A DNA stretch of 64,000 nucleotides from Candidatus Omnitrophota bacterium (GTDB taxonomy: Bacteria > Omnitrophota > Gorgyraeia > Gygaellales > Profunditerraquicolaceae), in contig JBAZJY010000001.1 in assembly GCA_041651115.1 (NCBI GenBank), positions 389,165-453,164 on the forward strand. The letters run 5' to 3'. A program made the translations under genes and the position numbers. This document shows positions 9,857-18,364 of the stretch, piece by piece. Within the stretch, counting starts at the first letter, position 1, and each line of letters starts with the position of its first letter. The notes under the pieces are model-generated. The model did not search any database, was not told the origin of the DNA, and saw only the letters and a list, made by a program, of their open reading frames with translations.

Positions 9857-10656
9857 GGTCCATAAAAGAGTTAATGGATTTAAAAAACCGCGTTGCGCTA
9901 GTTACCGGCAGCGGCGGCCATATCGGATTTGCTATTGCGCAGGCTTTTGCGGAGGCAGGGGCAGATATCGTGCTCTTGGATATCGATAAGAAATCTTGTG
10001 CAGCCAATGCTAATCGGCTGGCACAAGATTACGGGGTAGATACTCTTTGCCTGAATATTGATCTTTCCAATGAAAAGAAGATACGCGCTATCCCTAAAAT
10101 AATCGCAGCTGAATTTCAGTATTTGCACATCCTGGTTAATTGCGCTGCGTTAGTCGGTACATCGAAACTTAAGGGATGGGCTGTGCCTTTTGAGCGGCAG
10201 AGTGTTGCTACCTGGAGAAAGGCGTTGGAAATAAACCTGACTTCAGTATTCGCATTATCGCAGGCTTGCAGTAAATTACTGGCTGTTTCCGGGCATGGGG
10301 CGATAATCAATATAAGCTCAATAGCCGGTATAACCGCTCCGGATATGAGGTTGTATGAAGGTACCGGATTGGGCAACCCCGCGGCATACTCCGTAAGCAA
10401 GGCCGGGATCATCCAATTGAGCCGCTGGCTGGCAACAACATTGGCACCTGATATTCGGGTAAATGCCATTTCGCCGGGCGGTGTTTTTCGTGGGCACAAG
10501 GAACCGTTCCTGTCGCGCTATATACAACGTACCCCTCTAAGGCGTATGGCTTCGGAAGAAGATTTAAAAGGCGCAGCCCTGTATTTAGCAAGCGACCTTT
10601 CTGGCTATGTAACCGGCCATAACCTAGTGGTAGACGGCGGTTGGAGCGTATGGTGA
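9853..10656 (+). CDS. SDR family oxidoreductase (paralog of 1187..1990)
   Basis: TGSGGHIGFAIA and YSVSK motifs. A TTG start at 9853 (TTGA overlap) gives an N-terminus collinear with the paralog: MRSIKELMDLKNRVALVTG against MRPLNELKNLRGRVAIVTG. Confidence 0.75.
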   Translation: MRSIKELMDLKNRVALVTGSGGHIGFAIAQAFAEAGADIVLLDIDKKSCAANANRLAQDYGVDTLCLNIDLSNEKKIRAIPKIIAAEFQYLHILVNCAALVGTSKLKGWAVPFERQSVATWRKALEINLTSVFALSQACSKLLAVSGHGAIINISSIAGITAPDMRLYEGTGLGNPAAYSVSKAGIIQLSRWLATTLAPDIRVNAISPGGVFRGHKEPFLSRYIQRTPLRRMASEEDLKGAALYLASDLSGYVTGHNLVVDGGWSVW

Positions 10657-11321
10657 AAAATATACGGATCGTATTATTTACTAAGCCGGACAAACCCACA
10701 GTTAAAGAAGCAATCGCATACTTAAGAAATAATTTTTCGGATCTTAGCGTTTATGCCGGCAACCGCGGCGATCCGTTTCCCAAAAAAGCACTTAAAGGCG
10801 ACCAGGAAATTCTGGTTTCCTATATTTCGCCATGGATCATCCCGGAAAATATCTTACGCCGGACTAAATTATGGAATATAAATTTTCACCCGGGACCGCC
10901 CGGGTATCCGGGGATCGGATGTTTTAATTTCGCCATCTATAACGGCGAAAAAACATACGGTGCGACTGCCCATATCATGGAAAATAAGGTTGATACCGGA
11001 AAAATAATCGGCGTGAGACGGTTTCCGTTTTCTAAGGGCGATTCCGTATATGCCTTAAGCATAAAGACCTATGACCAGATGCTGGCGCTTTTCTACGAGG
11101 TCATGGATTTCATCCTGGCGCATAATGATCTTCCCCGGACCGGCGAAAAATGGAAACGCATTCCCTATACCCGCCGGCAGCTGAATGAGCTTTGCCGGAT
11201 CAATGCCGGCATGAAAAAGAACGAGATTGAAAAACGTATCCGCGCAACCGTTTATCCCGGCATGCCCGGGGCATATATCGAGATTCACGGGCAGAAGTTT
11301 ACCTATACGGAAAACGAATAG
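10650..11321 (+). CDS. formyltransferase-family protein (Fmt/ArnA N-domain-like)
   Basis: NINFHPGPPGYPG resembles the N(I/V)H(P/G)SLLPxxRG motif, and GATAHIMENKVDTGKII resembles G.T.H...E..D.G. The ORF-track start at 10641 is TTG. The ATG at 10650 overlaps the stop in the same tATGgTGA arrangement seen after the paralogous SDR at 1984. Confidence 0.55.
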   Translation: MVKNIRIVLFTKPDKPTVKEAIAYLRNNFSDLSVYAGNRGDPFPKKALKGDQEILVSYISPWIIPENILRRTKLWNINFHPGPPGYPGIGCFNFAIYNGEKTYGATAHIMENKVDTGKIIGVRRFPFSKGDSVYALSIKTYDQMLALFYEVMDFILAHNDLPRTGEKWKRIPYTRRQLNELCRINAGMKKNEIEKRIRATVYPGMPGAYIEIHGQKFTYTENE

Positions 11322-11324
11322 ACA

Positions 11325-12335
11325 ATGAAAAGCTATCGTACCTTTATAATTGCCGAAGCAGGCGTTAATCATAATGGCAGCATTAGGATGGCAAAGAAAA
11401 TGATTGATGTGGCGGCAGCAGCCGGGGTTGATGCAGTGAAATTTCAGACTTTTCAGGCCGCACTGCTGGCAAGTAAATTCGCCCCTAAGGCAGAGTACCA
11501 GTTAAAAACCACGCAGCAGAACGAATCTCAGTTCCAAATGCTTAAAAAATTGGAATTAAGTGCGGGTGCCCATAAAGAATTGATCGCGCATTGCAAGAAA
11601 TCCGGCGTCATATTTCTTTCTACGCCATTTGATCTGGAGAGCATAGATTTACTTAATTCATTAGGCTTGATGATACTGAAAATCCCATCGGGAGAGATAA
11701 TCAATCTGCCGTATCTAAGAAAAATCGGAAGCCTGAAGAAAAAAATTATATTATCAACGGGCATGGCGGATTTATTCGAAGTAAAAAGGGCTTTGAGTAT
11801 CCTTATGCAAAGCGGCACCCCGAAGCAACAGATTACGGTTTTACATTGCCATACTGATTACCCCACTGCCTATAAAGACGTCAATTTGCTGGCTATGCTT
11901 TCCATAAAAAACAGATTTAAGATCAATATAGGTTATTCCGATCATACCCCGGGCATCGAAATAGCCATTGCTGCGGTCGCCTTGGGAGCGAAGGTAATAG
12001 AAAAGCATTTTACCCTTGACCGGACAATGAACGGCCCGGATCACAGAGCTTCCCTGGAACCTGATGAGCTGGCCGCCATGGTTGCGGCAATACGGAATTT
12101 GGAAAAGGCAATGGGTAACGGGATCAAGCGGCCTACGGCTTCCGAGATAAAGAATAAAACAGTAGCGCGTAAGAGCTTGATTGCGGCAAGATATATACAA
12201 AAAGGGGAGAAATTTACCGTGGGTAACCTGACTGTAAAACGCCCGGGCTTTGGCATAAGCCCAATGGACTGGGACCGCGTCCTTGGCAAAACCGCAAAAA
12301 AAGATTTTATGGCAGATGAATTGATTGCGCTATGA
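11325..12335 (+). CDS. neuB: N-acylneuraminate/legionaminate synthase family (NeuB/LegI-like)
   Basis: FIIAEAGVNHNGS and VKFQTF motifs at the N-terminus, plus a C-terminal SAF domain (VKRPGFGISP). Confidence 0.85.
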   Translation: MKSYRTFIIAEAGVNHNGSIRMAKKMIDVAAAAGVDAVKFQTFQAALLASKFAPKAEYQLKTTQQNESQFQMLKKLELSAGAHKELIAHCKKSGVIFLSTPFDLESIDLLNSLGLMILKIPSGEIINLPYLRKIGSLKKKIILSTGMADLFEVKRALSILMQSGTPKQQITVLHCHTDYPTAYKDVNLLAMLSIKNRFKINIGYSDHTPGIEIAIAAVALGAKVIEKHFTLDRTMNGPDHRASLEPDELAAMVAAIRNLEKAMGNGIKRPTASEIKNKTVARKSLIAARYIQKGEKFTVGNLTVKRPGFGISPMDWDRVLGKTAKKDFMADELIAL

Positions 12336-13489
12336 AAAGAAAAATCTGCGTCATTACCGGGTCACGGGCAGAATACGGGCTATTAAAACCCCTGCTCGAT
12401 GAAATCAAGCGCGATTCAAACATAGAACTACAAATCGTAGCTACGGGCATGCATTTGTCCGCAGAATTCGGGTTAACGTATAGAGAGATAAAAACTGATG
12501 GGTTTATAATTGATAAAAAAGTCAATATTCATTTAAACTCCGATACTCCTTTAGGTATTTCCAGGTCAATGGGGGCGGCGCTTGCGGGATTCGCCCGCGT
12601 TTTTACTCAACTGAAACCCGACTTGGCCGTAGTGCTCGGGGATAGATTTGAAATATTCAGCGCGGTTTCCGCGGCTTGCGTCAACCGGATACCGGTTGCC
12701 CATATCCACGGAGGAGAGATTACTAAGGGCGCGTTCGATAACGCCTTTCGCCATGCGATAACCAAAATGAGCCAGCTCCATTTTGTGGCGTTGGATGAAT
12801 ATCGCCGGAGGGTGATCCAGCTGGGAGAATGCCCGGATACTGTTTTTAATGTCGGGGCGCTTGGGCTGGACAATATCAAAAATTTAAAATTACTTACGAA
12901 GCAGAGATTGGAAGAAGATCTCGATTTTCGTTTCAATATCCGTAATCTGTTGGTTACTTTTCACCCGGTTACCCTGGAAAATAATACTGCGCAGCGGCAG
13001 ATGCGCAATCTTTTAGCTGCCCTGGATGGGCTGCGGGATACGAATATGATTTTCACTAAAACGAATGCCGATACTGACGGCAGGATAATCAACAGATTAA
13101 TTGAACGGTATGCGGCGCGCAATCCGCGCAAGGCCGCCGTATTTACTTCTCTTGGCCGGCTTAAATATCTGTCGGCCATGCAGTTTATTGATGCGGTAGT
13201 CGGTAATTCTTCCAGTGGGATAATCGAGGCGCCGAGCCTCAAGGTCGGAACAATAAATATCGGCGACCGCCAAAGCGGAAGGGTAAAGGCAAAAAGCATC
13301 ATTGACTGCCCGCCGTCAAAAAAAGGCATTGAAGGGGCGATAAAAAAGCTTTATTCTAAAGGCTTCATAAAAAGCTTGAAAGACGTGCACAATCCATATG
13401 GTGACGGAAATGCGGCAAAACGGATTAAGCGCATCATTGCAAACCATAGCTTAAAAGATATCCTAAAGAAGGATTTTTACGACATATGA
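12332..13489 (+). CDS. neuC: UDP/GDP-N-acetylhexosamine 2-epimerase (hydrolysing), NeuC/LegG-like
   Basis: The ICVITGSRAEYGLLKPL N-terminus and a HIHGGE motif are characteristic of hydrolysing 2-epimerases. The start overlaps the upstream gene as ATGA. Confidence 0.85.
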   Translation: MKRKICVITGSRAEYGLLKPLLDEIKRDSNIELQIVATGMHLSAEFGLTYREIKTDGFIIDKKVNIHLNSDTPLGISRSMGAALAGFARVFTQLKPDLAVVLGDRFEIFSAVSAACVNRIPVAHIHGGEITKGAFDNAFRHAITKMSQLHFVALDEYRRRVIQLGECPDTVFNVGALGLDNIKNLKLLTKQRLEEDLDFRFNIRNLLVTFHPVTLENNTAQRQMRNLLAALDGLRDTNMIFTKTNADTDGRIINRLIERYAARNPRKAAVFTSLGRLKYLSAMQFIDAVVGNSSSGIIEAPSLKVGTINIGDRQSGRVKAKSIIDCPPSKKGIEGAIKKLYSKGFIKSLKDVHNPYGDGNAAKRIKRIIANHSLKDILKKDFYDI

Positions 13490-14385
13490 TCAGGATTATC
13501 CCGAAGCTGGAAATTAAAGGCCCTAATTTAGTAAAAGGCATCCATCTGGAAGGGCTAAGAGTAGTGGGCAATCCGCGGGATTACGCTGCCAGTTATTATC
13601 TGGACGGGGCAGATGAGCTTTTGTATATTGACGTGGTTGCCAGCTTATACGGCAGAAACAACCTGCTTGACATCATCAGCGAGACCGCAAAGAATATCTT
13701 TATTCCCCTTACGGTTGGCGGAGGAATAAGGTCGATTAACGATATAAATAATATTTTGCGTGCCGGCGCAGATAAAGTCGCGATAAATACTGCGGCAATC
13801 AATAGACCGGATCTGATTAAAGAAGCAGCCAATAGGTTCGGTTCTCAATGCGTAGTTATTTCGATTGAGGCAAAGCGAAGAGAAGGCGGCGGATATGAGG
13901 CATATACGGATAATGGGCGGGAAAGAACCGGGGTTGATGTTTTTGATTGGGCTAAAAAAGCCGTAGACCTGGGGGCAGGCGAGATATTGGTCACGTCCAT
14001 CGACAGGGAAGGAACAGGTAAAGGTATGGATGTTGATTTAATTTCCAAAATATCAGAATCCGTGCCTGTGCCGGTGATAGCCTGTGGGGGCGCAGGCTCC
14101 AAAGAGCATTTTCTTGAAGCAATCAATAAAGGCAAGGCTGACGCGGTTTGTGCTGCATCCGTCTTCCATTATCATCAGCTGTATTCTAAGGATATGGATG
14201 TCGAGTGTAAAAAAGAAGGTAATATAGAATTCCTGAGCAGGGATCAACGGGTCAGGAAGTTTTTGCCCAGCACGATCCAGCCTATGGATATACGGGAGCT
14301 AAAATCATTCTTAACAGAAGAAGGGGTATGCTGCCGGGTTCTTTTTAAGCAGAAGCAAGAAAGTGAAGTTAAGCATGACGCCTAA
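13486..14385 (+). CDS. hisF: imidazole glycerol phosphate synthase cyclase subunit HisF-like (WbuZ-type, glycan-associated)
   Basis: HisF (beta/alpha)8 motifs are present (IPLTVGGGIRS, VIACGGAGS). The protein is 299 aa with a C-terminal extension and sits with a HisH-like gene and a PP-loop amidotransferase. Confidence 0.8.
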   Translation: MIRIIPKLEIKGPNLVKGIHLEGLRVVGNPRDYAASYYLDGADELLYIDVVASLYGRNNLLDIISETAKNIFIPLTVGGGIRSINDINNILRAGADKVAINTAAINRPDLIKEAANRFGSQCVVISIEAKRREGGGYEAYTDNGRERTGVDVFDWAKKAVDLGAGEILVTSIDREGTGKGMDVDLISKISESVPVPVIACGGAGSKEHFLEAINKGKADAVCAASVFHYHQLYSKDMDVECKKEGNIEFLSRDQRVRKFLPSTIQPMDIRELKSFLTEEGVCCRVLFKQKQESEVKHDA

Positions 14386-15046
14386 GCAGAAGGTTACAGT
14401 AGCGGTAGTCGATTACGGGCTGGGCAATCTTTTTAGCATAGAACGCGCCTTGAAGCATATTGGAGCAGATTGCCTGATTACCGATAATAAGGATGCCATA
14501 ATTAATTGTGAACGCGTAATACTTCCAGGCGTAGGGGCTTTTGCCGATGCCATGAAAGGGCTTGAGGCTAAAGGCTTGATCGGCGCTTTAAACAAAATTG
14601 CCGAGAAAAAGGTGCCGCTTTTAGGCATTTGCCTGGGGATGCAGCTGATGATGACTGAAAGTGAAGAATTCGGCAGGCATAACGGATTAGGTTTAGTCTG
14701 CGGCAAAGTAGTGCGTTTGCAGGAAACGCCATCTTTAGAAGCAAGGACGAAGGTTCCTCATATCGGATGGAATACCATAAACGGCAGCGATGGTTCCCGG
14801 TGGGAGAAGACGATGTTAGAGGGTTTAGAAAACGGCGAGTTTATGTATTTCGTGCATTCATATGCAGTAATGCCCGATGAATATTCATGCGTGCTGGCCA
14901 CTACCACATATGGCAAAGATAAGTTTTGTTCCGTAATGGCAACCGGCAGTATCATGGGTTGCCAGTTCCATCCCGAGAAAAGCGCAGAAGCGGGTTTGGG
15001 CATATTGCGTAAATTTGTATTTAATAATTTTGATGGATACGCGTAA
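14375..15046 (+). CDS. hisH: glutamine amidotransferase HisH-like (WbuY-type)
   Basis: Class I glutaminase motifs are present (PGVGAF, GICLGMQLM, and the catalytic HPEKS). The ORF-track start at 14363 is GTG. The ATG at 14375 overlaps the hisF-like stop. Confidence 0.8.
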   Translation: MTPKQKVTVAVVDYGLGNLFSIERALKHIGADCLITDNKDAIINCERVILPGVGAFADAMKGLEAKGLIGALNKIAEKKVPLLGICLGMQLMMTESEEFGRHNGLGLVCGKVVRLQETPSLEARTKVPHIGWNTINGSDGSRWEKTMLEGLENGEFMYFVHSYAVMPDEYSCVLATTTYGKDKFCSVMATGSIMGCQFHPEKSAEAGLGILRKFVFNNFDGYA

Positions 15047-15062
15047 GGAGGTAAAGATCGGC

Positions 15063-16304
15063 ATGCCGAATAATAATCTACAGCCAAGATTTGGCCTTCC
15101 CCAGGAAGTAAAATTCTGTAAAAAATGCGTTATCTCTAATCAGCGCCCCTCATCTACGAATGAATACTTCCATACCAGGTCAACCAGGCACGATACGATA
15201 AAATTTGATTCCGAGGGGGTCTGCTATGCATGCAGGGTATGTGAAGCAAAGGATAAACAAATAGACTGGAAAGACAGGGAAAATCAGCTGAAGGAACTAT
15301 TAGCCCGCTATAGGAGTAAAGACGGCTCCTACGATGTCTTAGTGCCGGGTAGCGGAGGAAAAGACAGCACTTTTCAGGCCCATGTATTGAAATATAAGTA
15401 TGGGATGCATCCGCTTACGGTTACCTGGTCTCCGCATATCTATACGGATATAGGCTGGAAGAATTTTCAGAAGTGGATTTATCAGGGAGGGTTTGATAAC
15501 TATCTATTCACCCCTAATCCTAAAATACACAGATTATTGACGCGCTTGGCATTCGAGAATCTCCTGCATCCATTTCAGCCTTTTATTCTTGGGCAGAAGA
15601 CCTTTGCCCCAAAAATGGCGGCTAAATTCGGGCTCAAATTAATAATGTACGGCGAGATGCCCGGTGAATACGGGGCAGATGTACCTATTACGGAAGCTAA
15701 ATTTCGTACTACGGGATCTCCCAAAGAAGGTTTTTCTACCGACTATAAAGCTGGGAAAAATATAAAAGAATTATATCTCGGAGGATTACCCATAAATGAG
15801 ATAATGGATAAATATAAAGTCTCTTTTGGCGATCTGGATCCATATTTCCCTCTTGACCAGAATATCATAAAAGAAAACAATATCGAGTTTCATTATTTGG
15901 GCTATTATCTAAAATGGACGCCGCAGGAATGTTATTACTATTCCGTAGAGAATACCGGTTTTGAAGCGAATACCGAACGCACCGAAGGCACTTATTCAAA
16001 ATATAACAGCCTTGACGACCGCATAGACGGGTATTTTTATTACACCACCTTTATTAAGTTCGGCTTGGGCCGGGCAACCTACGACGCAGCGCAAGAGATA
16101 AGGAACCATCACCTTACCCGTGAAGACGGGGTTGCCCTGGTAAAGAGGTTTGACGGAGAATTCCCTAAAAAATACTTTAAGGAAGTGTTGGAATATATGG
16201 ATCTCACCGAAAAGCGCTTTTGGGAGATTATTGACGAGTTCAGATCACCGCATCTATGGGAAAAAACCGGCGGGGAATGGAAACTGAAACATAAGGTGTC
16301 ATAA
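15063..16304 (+). CDS. N-acetyl sugar amidotransferase (PP-loop ATP pyrophosphatase, WbuX/WbpG-like)
   Basis: An SGGKDS PP-loop sits in VLVPGSGGKDSTFQA, and there is an N-terminal zinc-ribbon-like KFCKKCV. A strong SD (taAGGAGGtaaagatcggcATG) precedes position 15063. The ORF-track start at 15015 is an in-gene extension. Confidence 0.75.
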   Translation: MPNNNLQPRFGLPQEVKFCKKCVISNQRPSSTNEYFHTRSTRHDTIKFDSEGVCYACRVCEAKDKQIDWKDRENQLKELLARYRSKDGSYDVLVPGSGGKDSTFQAHVLKYKYGMHPLTVTWSPHIYTDIGWKNFQKWIYQGGFDNYLFTPNPKIHRLLTRLAFENLLHPFQPFILGQKTFAPKMAAKFGLKLIMYGEMPGEYGADVPITEAKFRTTGSPKEGFSTDYKAGKNIKELYLGGLPINEIMDKYKVSFGDLDPYFPLDQNIIKENNIEFHYLGYYLKWTPQECYYYSVENTGFEANTERTEGTYSKYNSLDDRIDGYFYYTTFIKFGLGRATYDAAQEIRNHHLTREDGVALVKRFDGEFPKKYFKEVLEYMDLTEKRFWEIIDEFRSPHLWEKTGGEWKLKHKVS

Positions 16305-17372
16305 ATGAAAGAAATACGCAAAATTTTTGTTAACGATACCAATAATATCGAAGAAACCATACTGGCAATACAGCGGGGAGGTGTAGGCATTGCCCTTGTG
16401 GTAGATGAGCAGGAGCGCCTTTTGGGGACTGTTACTGACGGCGATATCCGCCGGGCAATCCTCAATAAAATACCCTTAAGTAATCCTATTGCCACGTTGT
16501 TCAGCTATCGTTCTGCAAAATATCCGCAGCCCGTGACAGCGCCATATGGTATCGCAGCTGAAGCGCTTCTTGCGCTTATGCAAAAAAAAGAGCTGCGGCA
16601 AATCCCGCTGCTTGATAAAAACGGAAGAATAGTGGAATTGGCTTTATTATCCGAATTAATAGACGGGGATTTCCATTTTCCTCTTACCGCGGTAGTTATG
16701 GCCGGCGGCAAAGGAAAACGCCTTTATCCCCTTACCAAAGACATGCCCAAGCCAATGTTGCCGTTAACCGAGCGTCCTTTAATTGAACGGACGATCGAGC
16801 AATTTCGTAAAATAGGGATTAGGCAAGTTCATATAGCCACCCACTATAAATCCGAAGTGATTACCGAGCATTTTGGCAATGGCGATGACTTCGGGGTAAA
16901 AATTAATTATATCAATGAAGAGGAGCCATTGGGTACGGCAGGGGCCCTGGGGCTCATGGATACTCCCGATAAACTCACTTTAATTGTAAATGGCGATATT
17001 TTGACCCAGCTTGATTTCCTGTCGATGTTTGATTTTCACCGCGACCATAAAGCCGTAATGACTGTAGGGGTGCGGAAATGTGAATTTGAAATTCCCTACG
17101 GCGTAATAGACACAAACGATATACTGGTTAAGGAAATTACGGAAAAGCCGGTTAAGACATTTATTGTGAACGCCGGCATTTATCTGGTCGAGCCCGGCGC
17201 TTACCGCTATATTCCAAAAGGCCGCCATTTTGATATGACGGACCTGATCAGCACTTTAATAAAGGCCAAGCATAAGGTAATCTGTTTTCCGATTCAGGAA
17301 TATTGGATGGATATCGGGCAGCCTGTCCACTACCAACAAGTGAGGGATGACGCAAAAAATGGAAAAATTTAA
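16305..17372 (+). CDS. CBS-domain pair + sugar-1-phosphate nucleotidyltransferase (PtmE-like GlcNAc-1-P NTase)
   Basis: The N-terminus holds a CBS pair (GIALVVDEQERLLGTVTDGDIRRA). It is followed by an NTP_transferase core (AVVMAGGKGKRLYPLTKDMPKPMLPL). Confidence 0.75.
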   Translation: MKEIRKIFVNDTNNIEETILAIQRGGVGIALVVDEQERLLGTVTDGDIRRAILNKIPLSNPIATLFSYRSAKYPQPVTAPYGIAAEALLALMQKKELRQIPLLDKNGRIVELALLSELIDGDFHFPLTAVVMAGGKGKRLYPLTKDMPKPMLPLTERPLIERTIEQFRKIGIRQVHIATHYKSEVITEHFGNGDDFGVKINYINEEEPLGTAGALGLMDTPDKLTLIVNGDILTQLDFLSMFDFHRDHKAVMTVGVRKCEFEIPYGVIDTNDILVKEITEKPVKTFIVNAGIYLVEPGAYRYIPKGRHFDMTDLISTLIKAKHKVICFPIQEYWMDIGQPVHYQQVRDDAKNGKI

Positions 17373-18360
17373 CTGGGCAAATAAAAAAGTTTTGGTCACG
17401 GGCGCCGGAGGTTTTATCGGAAGCCATTTATGCGAGCAATTGAGCCGGATGGGGGCAAATGTACGGGCAATGGTACATTATAACGCGTTGGGAAGATGGG
17501 GATGGCTGGATTACGCCGATACACGCGGCAAGTTGGATATTTTTCCCGGAGACATAACCGACCGGGACAGCGTATCTGAGGCAGTGAACGACCGGAGCAT
17601 TATATTCCATCTGGCGGCATTGATCAGCATACCTTATTCGTATGCCGCGCCTGAATCATATGTGCAGACGAATATCCTTGGGACGTTAAATCTTTTAGAA
17701 GCCGCGAAAGAAGCAAGAATCCGGCGTTTTATTCACACTTCTACCAGCGAGGCGTATGGAACAGCGCAGTATACGCCAATTGACGAAAACCACCCTTTGC
17801 GGGGGCAGTCGCCTTATGCTGCCAGTAAGATCGGTGCTGACAAGATCGCGGAAAGTTTTTATTGTTCGTTTGGCCTGCCGGTAGTGGTTGTGCGGCCGTT
17901 TAATACCTTCGGCCCGCGCCAATCGGCGCGCGCAATTGTCCCTGCCATAATAACTCAGGCTTTAAGCCGGAAAACAATAAAGCTGGGTGCCACATACCCA
18001 GTGCGCGACCTGAATTTCGTTAAGGATACGGTTTTGGGTATGATCGCGGCTGCTGAGTCGCCGGATAGCGCGTTAGGAGAAGTGTTTAATATCGGATCAG
18101 GCAGAGAGATCAGTATCCTTGAATTAGCTAATCTGATCATAAGGATGACCGGTAAAAAAGTGCGCATCAAAAGCATTTCGGAGCGGTTTCGGCCGAAAAA
18201 CAGCGAGGTAGAACGGTTACTGGCCGATACCGCGAAGGCGGCCAAGATACTTAACTGGCGGCCAAGATATACATTGGAGAGAGGGCTGGAAGAAACTGTT
18301 GCTTGGTTTAAACGGCCGGGAAACTTGGAATTATATAAAAGCGACCGTTATATAGTCTAA
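17347..18360 (+). CDS. NAD-dependent epimerase/dehydratase (nucleotide-sugar 4,6-dehydratase-like)
   Basis: VLVTGAGGFIGSHL Rossmann motif and YAASKIGADK (YxxxK) in an extended SDR of about 337 aa. An alternative ATG lies at 17359. Confidence 0.7.
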   Translation: MTQKMEKFNWANKKVLVTGAGGFIGSHLCEQLSRMGANVRAMVHYNALGRWGWLDYADTRGKLDIFPGDITDRDSVSEAVNDRSIIFHLAALISIPYSYAAPESYVQTNILGTLNLLEAAKEARIRRFIHTSTSEAYGTAQYTPIDENHPLRGQSPYAASKIGADKIAESFYCSFGLPVVVVRPFNTFGPRQSARAIVPAIITQALSRKTIKLGATYPVRDLNFVKDTVLGMIAAAESPDSALGEVFNIGSGREISILELANLIIRMTGKKVRIKSISERFRPKNSEVERLLADTAKAAKILNWRPRYTLERGLEETVAWFKRPGNLELYKSDRYIV

Positions 18361-18364
18361 AAAT

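Noticed and set aside
1187-10656. The idea that the two SDR + 'MV..' junctions mark a recent segmental duplication or repeat.
   Set aside because: The downstream genes differ: a TagF-like protein in one case and a formyltransferase-like protein in the other. Nucleotide-level similarity of the SDRs is limited to conserved codon positions.
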